A stretch of DNA of 64,000 bases from Parasitella parasitica NRRL 2501 (lineage: Eukaryota; Fungi; Mucoromycota): contig MU619396.1 of assembly GCA_025201805.1 (NCBI GenBank), positions 1 through 64,000 of the forward strand. The letters are read 5' to 3'. Position numbers and translations under genes: made by a program. Numbering within the stretch: the first letter of the stretch is position 1; each line of letters opens with the position of its first letter. Under the pieces are notes generated by a model that ran no database searches, was not told where the DNA came from, and worked only from the letters and a program-made list of their open reading frames with translations. Below, one piece after another: positions 12,241-26,079 of this stretch.

Positions 12241-13169
12241 GCGCATGACACGAGCCAATGTACATGTAAGGCTGAATTGTATACTACGTACTAGCTGTTT
12301 TACGGTCGCATGTGCAACTTGTGTCATCAGTTCTCATGAGATAATTTGATGCAGTAAGAAGATAATACAGTGGATTTTAGATACATGATGATAGTGGTTT
12401 TAGATACGTAGAATAATCTAACTACAGCCACCATTTGCTTTCAACATGCAATTTTTAATGTGATAGGTATTATGATCTCCATCTGCTAACCGGCTTTACA
12501 TGTCCATAGATGTATTTCGAGTAACACAAATCGTTTCAATTTACGCTACTCTACAGCCGCTCACTAAGTAATCATAGTCAATTGGGCATTATATCAAGGT
12601 GATATCTCTAAACACGGATAGATATCTTTGAGACTTGTTTCATCAAGCAGAAGCAGTTACTCGCTTCCATTGATTCTTCGGTCTTAAAGAATTGAATGCA
12701 TGAATATAACCATCGACACTTCTTAATTTGTGCAATCAAGTGATGTAGTTCGTTTCCCAGTTTAGATTGTACCATTTATACAAAAATTGGGTAGTCTTTG
12801 ATGATCCTTAAAAGTGTGAGCATGAAACTACTGAGCCAAGGAAACACAGATGATGTTGAACAAACTACCAAACACAACATTGGTGACGGAGGTATAGCAT
12901 CTATTTGGAGAAAACAAACAATGACTATACAGGCTGATGACTAGACTTTATTTGTTGTTCATATCATTAATACTGCAATTCGGGAAAAGGGGAACGGGGA
13001 TGAGAAGCCTAATCTGAAAACGCATTGTCTTTCAAATCGTCTGTTTTTTTTAATTAACAAGGATCTTGTTTGTTTTCTTGGCCTCCCCTCTTTCTTTTTT
13101 TTTTTTTACGTTTTTTTCCCCTCCCCCTTCTTTTTTTTTTTTTTTTTTCTCTTATCCTAATTTCTTATC

Positions 13170-14813
13170 ATGTTTAGACGCGGAAGTGCAAACGAGGGCG
13201 GCGACCCAGATTGTACCGAAGACCTCGAAAATGAATCCAAAAGTATACTTATGGGTATCATCAGCCAATTGAGAAAAGACATGGATTTGCATAGAGTCAC
13301 TTTACCTACATTCGTCCTTGAACCACGATCAATGCTTGAGCGAGTAACTGACTTCATGAGTCATCCTGAATTGTTGATAGAGTAAGTTTTATGACTACTG
13401 CAACTATCACAAAGCTCCCAAAACCTAATATTGTATCAGAGCAAGCACAAAGCCTGATCCTCTAGAAAGATTCCTGGGCGTCGTTCGTTATTTTTTATCG
13501 GGATGGCATATCAAGCCAAAGGTAACTAAATAGCAGTACTATTTATTTCCTCATATGAAGTCATAACACACTTTTATATAGGGAGTAAAGAAACCCTACA
13601 ATCCTGTATTAGGCGAAATATTCAGGTGCAAATATAATTACAGTAATGGCACGGAAGCAATATACGTTGCCGAGCAAGTGTGCCATCACCCTCCCATCTC
13701 GGCCTATTATTATGGTAGTCCTGAAAATGGAGTTTACATTCAAGGCGATCTTCGACCAAAATCTAAATTTCTCGGAAACAGTGCCGCAACGTTGATGGAA
13801 GGCGAGAATCATATCATCTTTACAGATCTGCACAATGAAAGATATGATATCACTATGCCAAATGTCTATGCAAAGGGAATATTAAGTAAGTGAATCAGTT
13901 TTGATCAATAGGACGGAAGTTGACTCTTTTCTGAAATCAGTCGGTAAAATGGTTTTAGAGTTGGGCGATAGCTGTCAAGTTCGGTGTCGAACAAGTGATT
14001 TGTTATGTGAGCTTGATTTTAAAACCAAGGTAAAGGCTGCAAACAAGTAACTTTATGGTGTATTGAAATAAGTTGCCGATATAATAGGGATTCTTTTCAG
14101 GTGAATACAATTCTGTTTCAGGAAAAGTCAAAAAGGAATCAACGGGTGAAGTGCTTTACGAGATATCTGGTCAATGGTCTAGTAAAGTTTACATCAAGAT
14201 GGCCAAGGTATGTACATTTACATTTGCAATCTAAAAGTATTGAATTACAGTCATTAACAATGGTGCTAGGCTTCCAACAAGAACCTGTTTTTCGACGTGG
14301 AAGCATCCACAATACATCCCAAAGTGGTGCGAGGAATCGATGAGCAAGAACCATTAGAGTCTAGAAGGTATTGTATTAAAAATCGGTTGAATTTACAGTG
14401 TGATTGATCCTAGTTCATAAAGACTCTGGTCCAAGGTCACATCAGCCATTCTCGACAGAGACATGGATACAGCAACTTCTGAAAAGACACGTATAGAAGA
14501 TAAACAGCGTGAAGAAACCAAACAACGGGAGGCGCAATGTAAAAAATTCAACTCACGATTTTTCAATGTAGTTGATGGTGATCAGTTTGAATTTAAGGGA
14601 ATTGCAAAGTAAGTTCAGTATAAGGCAATTTTGTGAGACGCACAGTAAACTGAAAGATACTTTAGTTTTGACTACCAGAATAAGAGTAAAGCCAAGAGCG
14701 AATTGGAGAATGCTATATTTCCTCCCTTGGCCACTACTTCCCAGTCGGCTCAACCTTCACCAACCACTAGCATAAAAAATGCTAATAATAGAAGCATATC
14801 TACAGCCTATTGA
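13170..14813 (+). CDS. Short oxysterol-binding-protein-related lipid transfer protein (Osh6/Osh7-like), multi-exon
   Basis: DLHRVTLPTFVLEPRSMLER, KKPYNPVLGE, EQVCHHPPISAY signature. Confidence 0.92.
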
Positions 14814-15016
14814 ATATACGAGTTTATCGTAAAAATCAAGAATACCTACGTTTAAATCCTTCAAAATGAATAAATTTAAATTCTTTGACACGATTGTAAC
14901 ATATGTTGCAGAGGTTGCAACAAGATATATCGAAAATGCATGGCCCAAATAAAAATTCACTGTTTATTAGGGTCATCATAACTGAATAAGTATCAACTAC
15001 AGTATAGTTATTCTCG

Positions 15017-15792
15017 TTAAAAAACAACTCGCCATCTGTCATTCTCATCAGGACCATCACCATAGCAAGTGACTTCGTTATGTTCTTCAGTAAGAAGCTC
15101 ATCATGACTATGTCTATACATAAAATAGGTTGTAAGTCCATAGTAGGTATAACACTTGATAGAAACTTTGGAAAATTTACTTACAAAGTCAATCCTGTAT
15201 TTTTATGACGGAGAAAAAATGAGCGACCTGTATACCATGTCTGCACGATTTCAAATGTGTCAGGGATGTCTCAAAGGAGATGTATAAATTATGGAAAGCA
15301 CTGTATACTTACACGATCATCAAGGCTAAAATTTTCGTTCTCATCTTCATCAAAAGTCCACTGCTCAACAATCCATTCATCATTCTCATCGCTGGTATCA
15401 TCATCTCCGTGACAAGTAACTTCTTGTTGGTCAGTGATGGGGCTCGCAATGTCAGCATGCGAGTGAAGATGAGCTCCAGTAACCAAATGTTTGAGACGAA
15501 TAACGTCACCAAAATTGACCTCAACATCACCTTCAATGTCTTCCCCAATAGGAGGAATCACAATAAAAGAAGTTTCTTCAGAAGACTCCCAACCGCCAGC
15601 ATAGACTATTTGTTGTCCGCTACCATTTTCATAGTAGCTGTCTGCAACAGAGGCTAGATAACGACCAGTCATGTTGTGCTTTAAAGAGATAAGATTCCCA
15701 AAAATAATGGGCCCATCGGCCTCAGAGTCTGTATAAAACTTAACCGTCAGCATGTATAGCACCTAGTATATTTTAAAAGTATTACCGGACAT
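15017..15792 (-). CDS. MIR-domain-only (SDF2-like beta-trefoil) protein, 4 exons
   Basis: Three MIR repeats: ISLKHNMTGRYL..GSGQQIV, IRLKHLVTGAHLHSH..QQEVTC, FLRHKNTGLTLHSH..EVTCYG..W. Confidence 0.8.
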
Positions 15793-15990
15793 TATGTCAA
15801 TGTAGTTGTCAATACACAGAAAAGATTGAAAGTGAGCCTCTTAATTCATGGCTCCTTTTATATCTTCCATTATGAACAAGTGTTACAAACGAACGTATAG
15901 TGTACAAATGTAGAATACAAGAATCGGAGCAGGTCCCGAAATAATCTGAACTGCCCCCCCCACCAACATTTTTTTTTTTTTTTTTTTTTT

Positions 15991-16000
15991 NNNNNNNNNN
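15991..16000. other. Assembly gap (10 N) next to a poly-T tract
   Basis: n run in the sequence. Confidence 1.
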
Positions 16001-16082
16001 ATTCAGGGCACAAAAAACGAGGAATGAGGGAATATCTTGTATTGAACAGATCGAATTATTTACATTTACAAAGGTAATAGCA

Positions 16083-17637
16083 TTAAAAAGACATTCCCTT
16101 TCCTTCAATAGAAACCTTGGGTGTAGATCTCTTGGGACCTGTTTTGATAGAACGCATCTTATTCTTTAATCTTCTGAAGGTATTATCAGGCTATGAACAG
16201 AATATTAGCAAGCAATCATATGCAATTCTTAAATCAAATCGACGTACTCGAGAATTTCTGTTTTTATCAGTTCTAACTGTGCTTTGAGGAGCGACATCAT
16301 AATCTGCAGCGACAGCTTGGGGGACTCGAACGAAATGTCTATTCTCATGTCTATTTGGTAATAATCAAGTTAATGATTGAAGACTTCATTTTGTTATACA
16401 TAGGATAACTTGCCTGTCTTCCTCTGGTTCTTCAGCAGGACGCCTGTATCTCTTTTTCTGATGAAGTCTATTAAGGAGCATTACCACCATATTTCCTATT
16501 AACCGTATGCATAATCACTTACGCATCTTCTTGTCTGTACTCCTGAACGGCCGGGCGACGTTCTTTATAATTTTCACTACGCTTGATAACCAATCTACTC
16601 CATTTGGCAACTAATTGATCGGCCTTTCTCTTCATGGTTGGCTCAATACGAGGTGATTTGGTATAGAAATAAACAATCTTTCCAACACCACTTTCACGCA
16701 AATGGTCACCTGCGATGGGAAGCTTATCCAAAACGTCAAGCATTTCACTTTGAATGTCCAAACTAGGCAAAGAACGATCAGGTAAAGGCTCAAGCCATTG
16801 CCTAATCACATCTAAAAGGCCATTATCCAAAATAGCATCTTGTAAATGTTTGCTGTACGAAAAATGTTACTCATGGCAATCAAAGTCAATAATAATAAAA
16901 ATCATACTTTGTCAACATGGTTGTAACCTCTCCCAACATCTTAAGCTTTGCTACCGCAGCTCTTCTCTCTCCATTGGCAACAGAATCTTCCTCTGAGGCA
17001 TTTCTCATACGTTCTCTTAAATTAGATAATTCTTCATCCATAGAACTTTCAAGGTCTTCGCCATCCTGTTTCTTTCTCTTCTTTTTTCCACCTTTCAAAG
17101 CTTTAGCAAACTCTCTATCAATCTCATCTCTCAAAGCTAAATTGAATTAAAAAACAAAATCTTTTGTGATGAAACATCGCAATCAACCATACCTTGACGA
17201 GGATCAATAGGCCCCTCCTCTTCTTCTTCAGGATTATCGGTATTACGGCGAGGTGAGGAATTCTTCATCTCACGAATTTCACGACGAACCTCCTCCAAAC
17301 GGGCGTTTTCCTCTTCATCCAAATCTCTTTGTTTCTTTTTAAAAGAAGGAAGTTTTGTAATAGGTTTTGGCGCTCCCTCTTCTTCGATATGAGTTGGTCT
17401 GGCTGTTTCCTCGGTGTCAGAAGCTAGCATTTAATCATTAATAACTGTGATATCTCTAGATTTGATTGTTTTACATGATACCTTGATCACCATCAAGATC
17501 ACTCATTTCCTCTTCTTCTTCGCTGGAGCCAAATAGCTTCTCTTGATTCTTTATAAATTTAAAGTATTATTAATTACAAGTTCATATAGTTAGTCAGCGT
17601 AATGTACCATTGATTCTTCATCATTGTAAGAAGCCAT
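16083..17637 (-). CDS. IWS1: Transcription elongation factor Iws1/Spn1, multi-exon
   Basis: WLEPLPDRSLPSLDIQ, LRESGVGKIVYFY, C-terminal VSIEGKGM. Confidence 0.93.
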
Positions 17638-18566
17638 TTTTTGATTTTACAGTTCGAAAATATAATGAGATATACTCGACAGTGTAATGCGAAGGGAAAT
17701 CTCTCCTTCTTCTCAGTGACATCACTTTTATAAGCCTTAACGCAAGCACATATAGTCACTAATACCGTATCATCGGAAGCTCATAGTACAGACTAGATAG
17801 CTCGTGTTCAAGTATTGAGTAACAGTTCTGATACGAAAGTCTGTGTCCCAGCGAAGGGGATCAATATTTGTATCGTTCAAGATGACAGTTTAATAGTTTT
17901 TTGACATGGTAACCAATAAATATTGTATACGTAAATGTCTTCATCAGTGTTGCCATAACAACTCTAAATCATAGTACTAGATTTTGACATTTAATACGCA
18001 AAAGTGCCTCTTTATCCTTCGCACAAAATCCACCCGCCCCCCTCCCCTATACAGAACAGAATTATCAACTATCTCACTGTTTCAACATCGTGCTAAAAAG
18101 GCAACAGCAACATTTTTATGCCATTAACAGCTTGCTATAGTGATCAAAAAGCTTTCCAACGCTTCGTTCCTTTACCCTTGGAAGCTTTTTCTAAGCCACT
18201 ACCTATTGATAGCAGTAGAGTCGTTGATATTCACATGAAATCCGCATTCTCAGGTAAAAATGCAGATATTGAACTATAGAGCATGTTTTCTTTTTACTCA
18301 TTAGCTGTACCCACTAGCATTTCTTTGTGTATGTATTTAAGATAAAATATCCCATTTAGAATTTTAGGTAAAAGGATGCTCTAAGCCACTCAATGGATGA
18401 TCACGTCTAATATACATCTCTAACAAAGTGTCTGTCCGCGTAAAAAGTGAATATGAACGCACAAATGTCATTGATTTTTTTTTATATACTGATCTTTATT
18501 AACAAGCAATAATTGTTGTATAAAAAAAGGTTTCGTTTTAATGTAGATGCTAAATAGTTGCAGCGC

Positions 18567-19037
18567 TTAATCGAAAAGACCGAAGCCCATGTCCTGAAAA
18601 GAAAAGAAAAAAAAAAGCCCATAAATAAACAATAATAATTTACACTTTGCCGAAACTCTTTCCTCAACTTACATCATCAGATTCCTCCTTCTCTTCGGCA
18701 GCAGCTTCCTCAGCGGGAGCATCACCAGAAGCGGCAGCGGCGCCAGATGAGGCAGCAACGGGACCAGCAGAGACAGAGGCGAGCTTGGAAGAACCTTCAG
18801 CAATGGCCTGAAAGAAAAAACGCAAGCGTTTTAGTAAACTTTAGGGAACCAAAATTTATGTCTTGATTTCAATGTTACCTGAGCAGCGGTCTTGCCTTCC
18901 ATGGCCTTGATCAAGGCAGAAAGACGAGATCCATCAACCTCGACACCAACGGTGGTCAAGAGAGACTTGATATCCTCAGCAGAGGGAGTGGCGTTACCAC
19001 CGGCAACGAGAAGAAGATAGGCTGCGAGATGCTTCAT
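18567..19037 (-). CDS. RPP2: 60S acidic ribosomal protein P2, 3 exons
   Basis: [51 protein letters not shown]. Confidence 0.96.
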
Positions 19038-19887
19038 TGTCAAATATCAACGGTCAAAAAGAGAGAATGAACATTTGGCTGCAAGGAAAAAAAAATTATT
19101 TATCATAAATTTTTTCTCAAATCAATTCTTTTCATTGGATGCTTTAATTCACGTCATGAGTGACTAGGTAAATATGAAAATCCTGAAGATGTTATGGTAA
19201 GAGATAAACATTCCATTTGATGATGTTTTTTTTATTAAATTGATTGCTGTAGAGATAGTCTTCAACCAGTCATTGTTGTGCGAAACAACCGTTGCTATTT
19301 TTAATTTTCTGTATTTTATCAGATTTAGCTCAGTCCTTAAACATCTAAATGCTTTTATTGCGGATCTGTCTCTCTCTATTTTGCTACTTCGATAACGGAG
19401 TTTCAAGTGGAGCCGAGCGGGATTTTCGGAGTTACAAATACATCGGTTGCTATGATACTTTGGATCGACAACCGTTCAAGCAAGAAAAAAAAGGCATCCT
19501 CTCTCTCTCAAAAAAAAAAAAAAATAATAATAGTGCTGTACACATGGTATAAGTTAATATTTTGATTTATGACAAGAGCAAGAGCTAAAAGTAATTGGGA
19601 GACGGAAAATACTTTAAAGTGAGCATTATGCCTTTTTTTGGTTGTTGTAATGCAAGTTATAGTATTTTGGCTTTTAGTACATTGCATGAAGCTCTTTTAT
19701 TAGATTACTTGTGCGTTTGCATCATAATCGTAATGAACAGAAATCTAGTTCGATATTTTATTGCTCATTCTTATGCCTATTTTAGGAACCGATAGTCACT
19801 TTATTATGTTTTCCATCTACTTGGCATAATCATTTGAAAGGTCGCGTTACCTATTCTTCTCTTTTATCTTTTGATATACTACGAATC

Positions 19888-20249
19888 ATGGTAAATTAAA
19901 AAAAAAACCAAGTACAAAATTCAGTTGATTAAATTATGAAATATGTAGGGTTCATCCGATAAAATCTTTGGAGCCACTGCTGTTAGCGCATCACTTTTTA
20001 TTTTCATATACTATTCCACCTGGACCTTTGTAGTGGTAAGCGAATGTGCTAAATGTTGTAGTTTCTTCAATTATACCAACTAACGCACACTAGCCTTTCT
20101 TGAATGAAGATAGTATCCTTCAAAAGTTCTTTCTTCCTTATGAATATGCTATTTACTTGCCTGCCGCTGTTTTAGTTGCAGGAGTTTCTTTCATTACCGC
20201 CTTCTTTGTAAAGACAACATCCCAAAACAAAAGCAAAAAGGCAAAATAG
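19888..20249 (+). CDS. DPM2: Dolichol-phosphate mannosyltransferase regulatory subunit 2, 3 exons (not in ORF track)
   Basis: M|GSSDKIFGATAVSASLFIFIYYSTWTFVV|PFLNEDSILQKFFLPYEYAIYLPAAVL..KSKKAK*. Confidence 0.9.
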
Positions 20250-20876
20250 ATACAATGCTCTGTATAACACACGCTCGCAATTACACACAAACTACAGATA
20301 AAAAATAAAGCATTTTCTTTTACATATCCTTACGTGATAGTTTGACATTGGAATTTACTGATGTTTCCTCTGATCATTGGCCAAGGATCAACGACGTTTT
20401 TATTAGTTGATGTGTGGCAGAATCAGATTGATTACAAGAGAAATGTAACACAATTGAGCTTGGTAGTCAGTTATTTTTACATTGAATACTAGTATTATAC
20501 AATTCTGTTTGTAATTTGCATCATTGCTTATCAGGTTCTTAAGTTTTTCAAACCTGATTTGAACTAAATAGTTTGTCTCTGCATACAGCTGTCTATTGCA
20601 GAAATAAGGCACTGTCGTGACTCGAGAAAACTATGTCCCATTTTTTTTTTTTTTTTTTTCATCTGTGGTGCAAGTAGTCGTAATTAGGGTTACTTTTGAA
20701 CCGCTGCGACCTTTTGGTTTTTATTATTGAATTATTGAATTATTGAATCTTGTAAGAGTAATCCCATGTTTCAACTAGGTTTTTATTCTGACAGAAATGA
20801 AAAAAAAAGCTTTTTTTTTTTTACATCTGAACTTTTTAGAGCAGTTTACGAATTCCAAATACTTACTGAATCAAAG

Positions 20877-22248
20877 ATGAAAGACGCAACTCTTCCCGAA
20901 AACGTTGAGCTTTTGCGTACCCGTGTTGTAGTGGAAAAAGATAGAGTTTACAGTGTTAGTAATTTATAACATATCCCAACATTTGACCTCAAGAAAATCC
21001 AAATGTCTTATGATTGCTTTGAATTTTAGGTCAGTGGAAGTGATTATCCTAACCAATATCGTGGAATAAGTAATACATTTGACCTAGAGGAATTCAAAAA
21101 GGTAGGCGAGTGTGTTTTCTATCCTTTAGATAGATCACGATTTCTGACGAGATGACTTTTGGGCTTATTGTAGAATTTCAATGTCAAAATCCAACGTTTA
21201 TCCCAACACAGCGTTGAATTTGATCTGATTGGCATTGACGCGTCCATCGCCAATGCTTTCCGTCGCATTATGATATCCGAGGTAAAATGGAGAAGGCAGT
21301 TTGATGAATAGGGTATTGATAAAAATGGGCGAAATCTAGGTTCCTACAATGGCAATTGAAAAAGTATACGTTATGAACAACACCTCCATCATTCAAGATG
21401 AAGTTGTAGCACATCGTTTGGGTTTGATTCCCATCAAGGCTGATCCTCTTGAGTTTGACTACATGACCGAGGATGGCGGGCCCACTGACCTCAATACACT
21501 TGTTTTCAAGTTGAAAAAAAGATGTGAATTCAATCCTGAAGCTGCAGCTGATGAAACTGACCCTAGCAAGAAATATATCAACAGTTTTGGTAAGTTTATA
21601 TTTTCTTCAAGTGGATACTAGACATTAACTGTGTGTATTTGCAGTCTATTCTAGTGATTTAATTTGGGAGCCCAAGGGAAATCAAGAAGAGAAATTTGGC
21701 GATAATCCTCCACGACCTGTTCATGACGATATCGTCATTGCCAAATTAAGACCTGGGCAAGAGATGGAAATGGAATTACATTGCCAAAAGGGCATAGGAA
21801 GAGAGCATGCTAAATGGTCGCCTGTAGCCACAGCATCATATCGTATTTTACCCGAAATCACCATTTTGGAGCCCATTACAGGCCAAGATGCTGAAGATTT
21901 CAAGAACTGTTTTGTTGATGGTGTCGTTGAAGTTGTAAAGGAAAATGGCGTAAAGACTGCCAAAGTAGTCAACGCCCGTAAAGATACAGTCAGTAGAGAG
22001 GTTTTGCGACATTCTAAATTTGATGGCAAGGTTCGTCTAACTCGTGTCCGTGATCATTTCATTTGTAAGTGTGCGTACGATTGGTTTAGAGTACTATTCC
22101 ACTAATTCAATCCATCATAGTCAATGTTGAAACTTCTGGTATCATCCCAGCCGAACAGATTTTTCTTTCAGCACTTGATGTTTTTATGGATAAGATCAAA
22201 GATATACAGCCGCTTGTTGACCGTGTTGTGTCGAACGAAATTGCTTAA
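20877..22248 (+). CDS. RPC40: RNA polymerase I/III shared subunit RPAC1 (AC40), multi-exon
   Basis: [57 protein letters not shown]. Confidence 0.96.
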
Positions 22249-22788
22249 GTAACATTTATATATTTGCATCTCTCTTTCTTTTTCCCTTTATTATTACATA
22301 ACCACTACATCTTGTTCCTTGTCTTTCTATAAAGCAACATGCCAATCGATTGTGTTGATTTAATTTTTTTTTTATTTTTTTTTTTTAGAATAAAATGTTT
22401 AAAGTGTATATTAACATGAGGTTGCGTTTTTGGAACGATACTACTTCTTGCTGCATATACGATAAATTTCGAGATAGCCTACGTAAACTGTCATTGATGA
22501 TCGAACCAAGGTCCTGTGACACCCATACATTTGCATATTATGTATCTATATTGGATCAAAAATGCTAATATGCACTAGCTGATCTTTTTATCATATCGAA
22601 ACCGGTGAGAAGGCATACCATATTCGAGGAGTTGTGCATATTTGCTTAGGTACCATAGTATCTGGTTTTGAACTATAGATATGTCAAATAAAAAAATAGC
22701 CAACGCTTTGGTTTATTTAATAAATTTCATTATGCAGCAAAATTTGCTTACAACATGCGATAGCTCTTTACTGCATTTATCTTTTTAT

Positions 22789-24051
<1,263 letters not shown>

Positions 24052-24262
24052 TTTTTTTTTGTTTAGAAAAGAGAGAGAAAGAGAAGGGAGCGATGCATTG
24101 GAAATATCGCTACAACATAGGCATTTTATTTGTTTGCTGCATTGGCTGTATGATAGCATTTGACAACATTTAGATACCCGAACGTAAGAGAAGAGACTTG
24201 TTTTTTTTTTTTCTTGCTATACAAACAATTTTTGAATGTTGTCATTGTTTCCCATTTTACAA

Positions 24263-25124
24263 ATGATACCAACACCGGACTTGTCTCATATAAACAGGGA
24301 AGATTACGATAAAGTTTATGAACCAGCAGGTAGGCTATGCCCGAAAGAAGACCACTCAAGCACTGGCAACATATTGACTGTGCTATAGAGGACACATTTT
24401 TACTGTTGGACGCATTGGAAGACGACGAAGAGCTGATTCAGCAACTTAAACCTCGTGTTTGTCTGGAGATCGGGTAGCAAATCCTAAAATCAACGCTAGC
24501 ACATGAAAACTGAAGCAGCTTTAGATCTGGATCTGGATGTGTTACTGCCTTACTAGCCAAGATTGTTGGAAACAAGAATGCTGGTAAAAGTCTGTGCTCG
24601 ATAAACATGCTATTTTTGCCTAACATTTTTGAAAGTATTTTTAACCACTGACATCAACGGATTTGCTTGTGAAACAACTAAACAAACAGGTCTTCATAAC
24701 GGAATTACGCAAATCGAGCCTCTCAGGACATCTCTCGTCGATGGCATCATGCCCAGATTAAAGAACTGCATTGACATTCTATGTTTCAATCCACCGTACG
24801 TGGTGACAACCCACGAAGAAGTGGGCAGTTTTGGAATTGAGGCATCGTGGGCAGGTGGCATTGATGGTAGAGAGGTCATTGATCAATTACTACCGTTAGT
24901 CAAGGTGAGCCTCGGTGTTATACGTAGAATACGTCATTTACCCCCAAGATGTGGATTAGGACATTTTATCTCCAAATGGCATATTTTATTTGCTGTTGAT
25001 CAACGAAAACAAGCCTGATCAAGTAGTGCAATTAATGAAAGAAGCTTATAAAATGGATGCGAAAATTATCATGGAGCGACGTGCTGGTAGGGAGAGACAG
25101 TTTATTGTAAAAATCACCCACTAG
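24263..25124 (+). CDS. MTQ2: eRF1 glutamine methyltransferase (Mtq2/N6AMT1/HemK2), multi-exon
   Basis: MIPTPDLSHI..VYEPAEDTFLLLDALE, LEIGSGSG, FNPPYV, WAGGIDGREVID, RRAGRE. Confidence 0.94.
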
Positions 25125-25702
25125 GACGATGGTGTAGTACTGTTGAATAAATGCTGCGTGTTACTAGCTGCTGCATTGTAGACAAGCCTATCAAGTTGAT
25201 TGTCAATTACTGTCTACCTCGACCCTGCTGATCCAACTTACTTTGTCCATTCAGCAATGCCATGCTGAATGCCACGAAAGAACCCAAATTTCTTGGCAGG
25301 ACTCCTTGCGTTGATTACGCCTCTTGTTCTGTACCATTTCCAGGCTGTTGAGCACACATTCCAAGCGAACCCACTGACAAAAGGAACAATGATATTGTCC
25401 TTGACGACCACAGACCAGAAAATAGATGCATTGGATGCCCCCTTTTCCTGTAGCTGTGTGATTGAATTTTCAACCTGCTTTTCAAAGCGCATTTCTGGTA
25501 CTGTAGGTCGTTTTCTAATGGGTTTGCTTATCGAGAAATCGTCGTCGTCGTCGTCTTGGTCGTCCTCAAAATCCAAATCATCAATGTCAGGCTGAGATAG
25601 TTCAGTCTGTCGTCTTTGAAGTTCGACTAAACGCGCCAACTCCTCGTTGTCATAATCGCTTGATGAAAAGAGTGAAGGCTCTGTTCTGACTTGGGCAGAC
25701 AT
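25121..25702 (-). CDS. DUF1770-like fungal protein, 2 exons (intron 25188-25241)
   Basis: VPEMRFEKQ..KDNIIVPFVSGFAW..AWKWYR resembles DUF1770 (PDLRFEQ..RDQVxxPLxQG..W); canonical GTAAGT..TAG intron. Confidence 0.6.
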
Positions 25703-26079
25703 GATGAATATAGACAGTGTTTCGACACGAAAAACAAAAAACAAAAAAAAAGCCTCGTCCTTTTTTTTCGCACAAAACAAACAGTATTTGGTGCCATATG
25801 AGGCGTCTTTGTGATTGGATGTATCGTTGAGTGTATGATGCTTCTTTATGAGCTATCAAATGCACTTTTTTGAGTCGAATGACTAACAAAGTAATGCTCA
25901 GCATATGATGCAGATAGTCATCTGCTTGACTTGCTGTGGTAGAAGACTACATTTTTGTTGCTAGGACACTGTTGTTTAGCCAAGTTCCCGAGTTTGGGTC
26001 GAAACGGCCGTCATCTCTTGGTCATCACCGTTTATTTTTTTTTTTTTTTTTTTTTTTTTCTCCACAGCAATAGCATAAT

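Noticed and set aside
12600-12945. Possible decayed coding sequence
   Set aside because: Only short open stretches with no recognisable family
8213-13169. Centromere
   Set aside because: The gene-free block is only about 5 kb and has no LINE ORFs. Described Mucor pericentromeres are much larger and retroelement-rich, and I cannot verify the centromeric motif.
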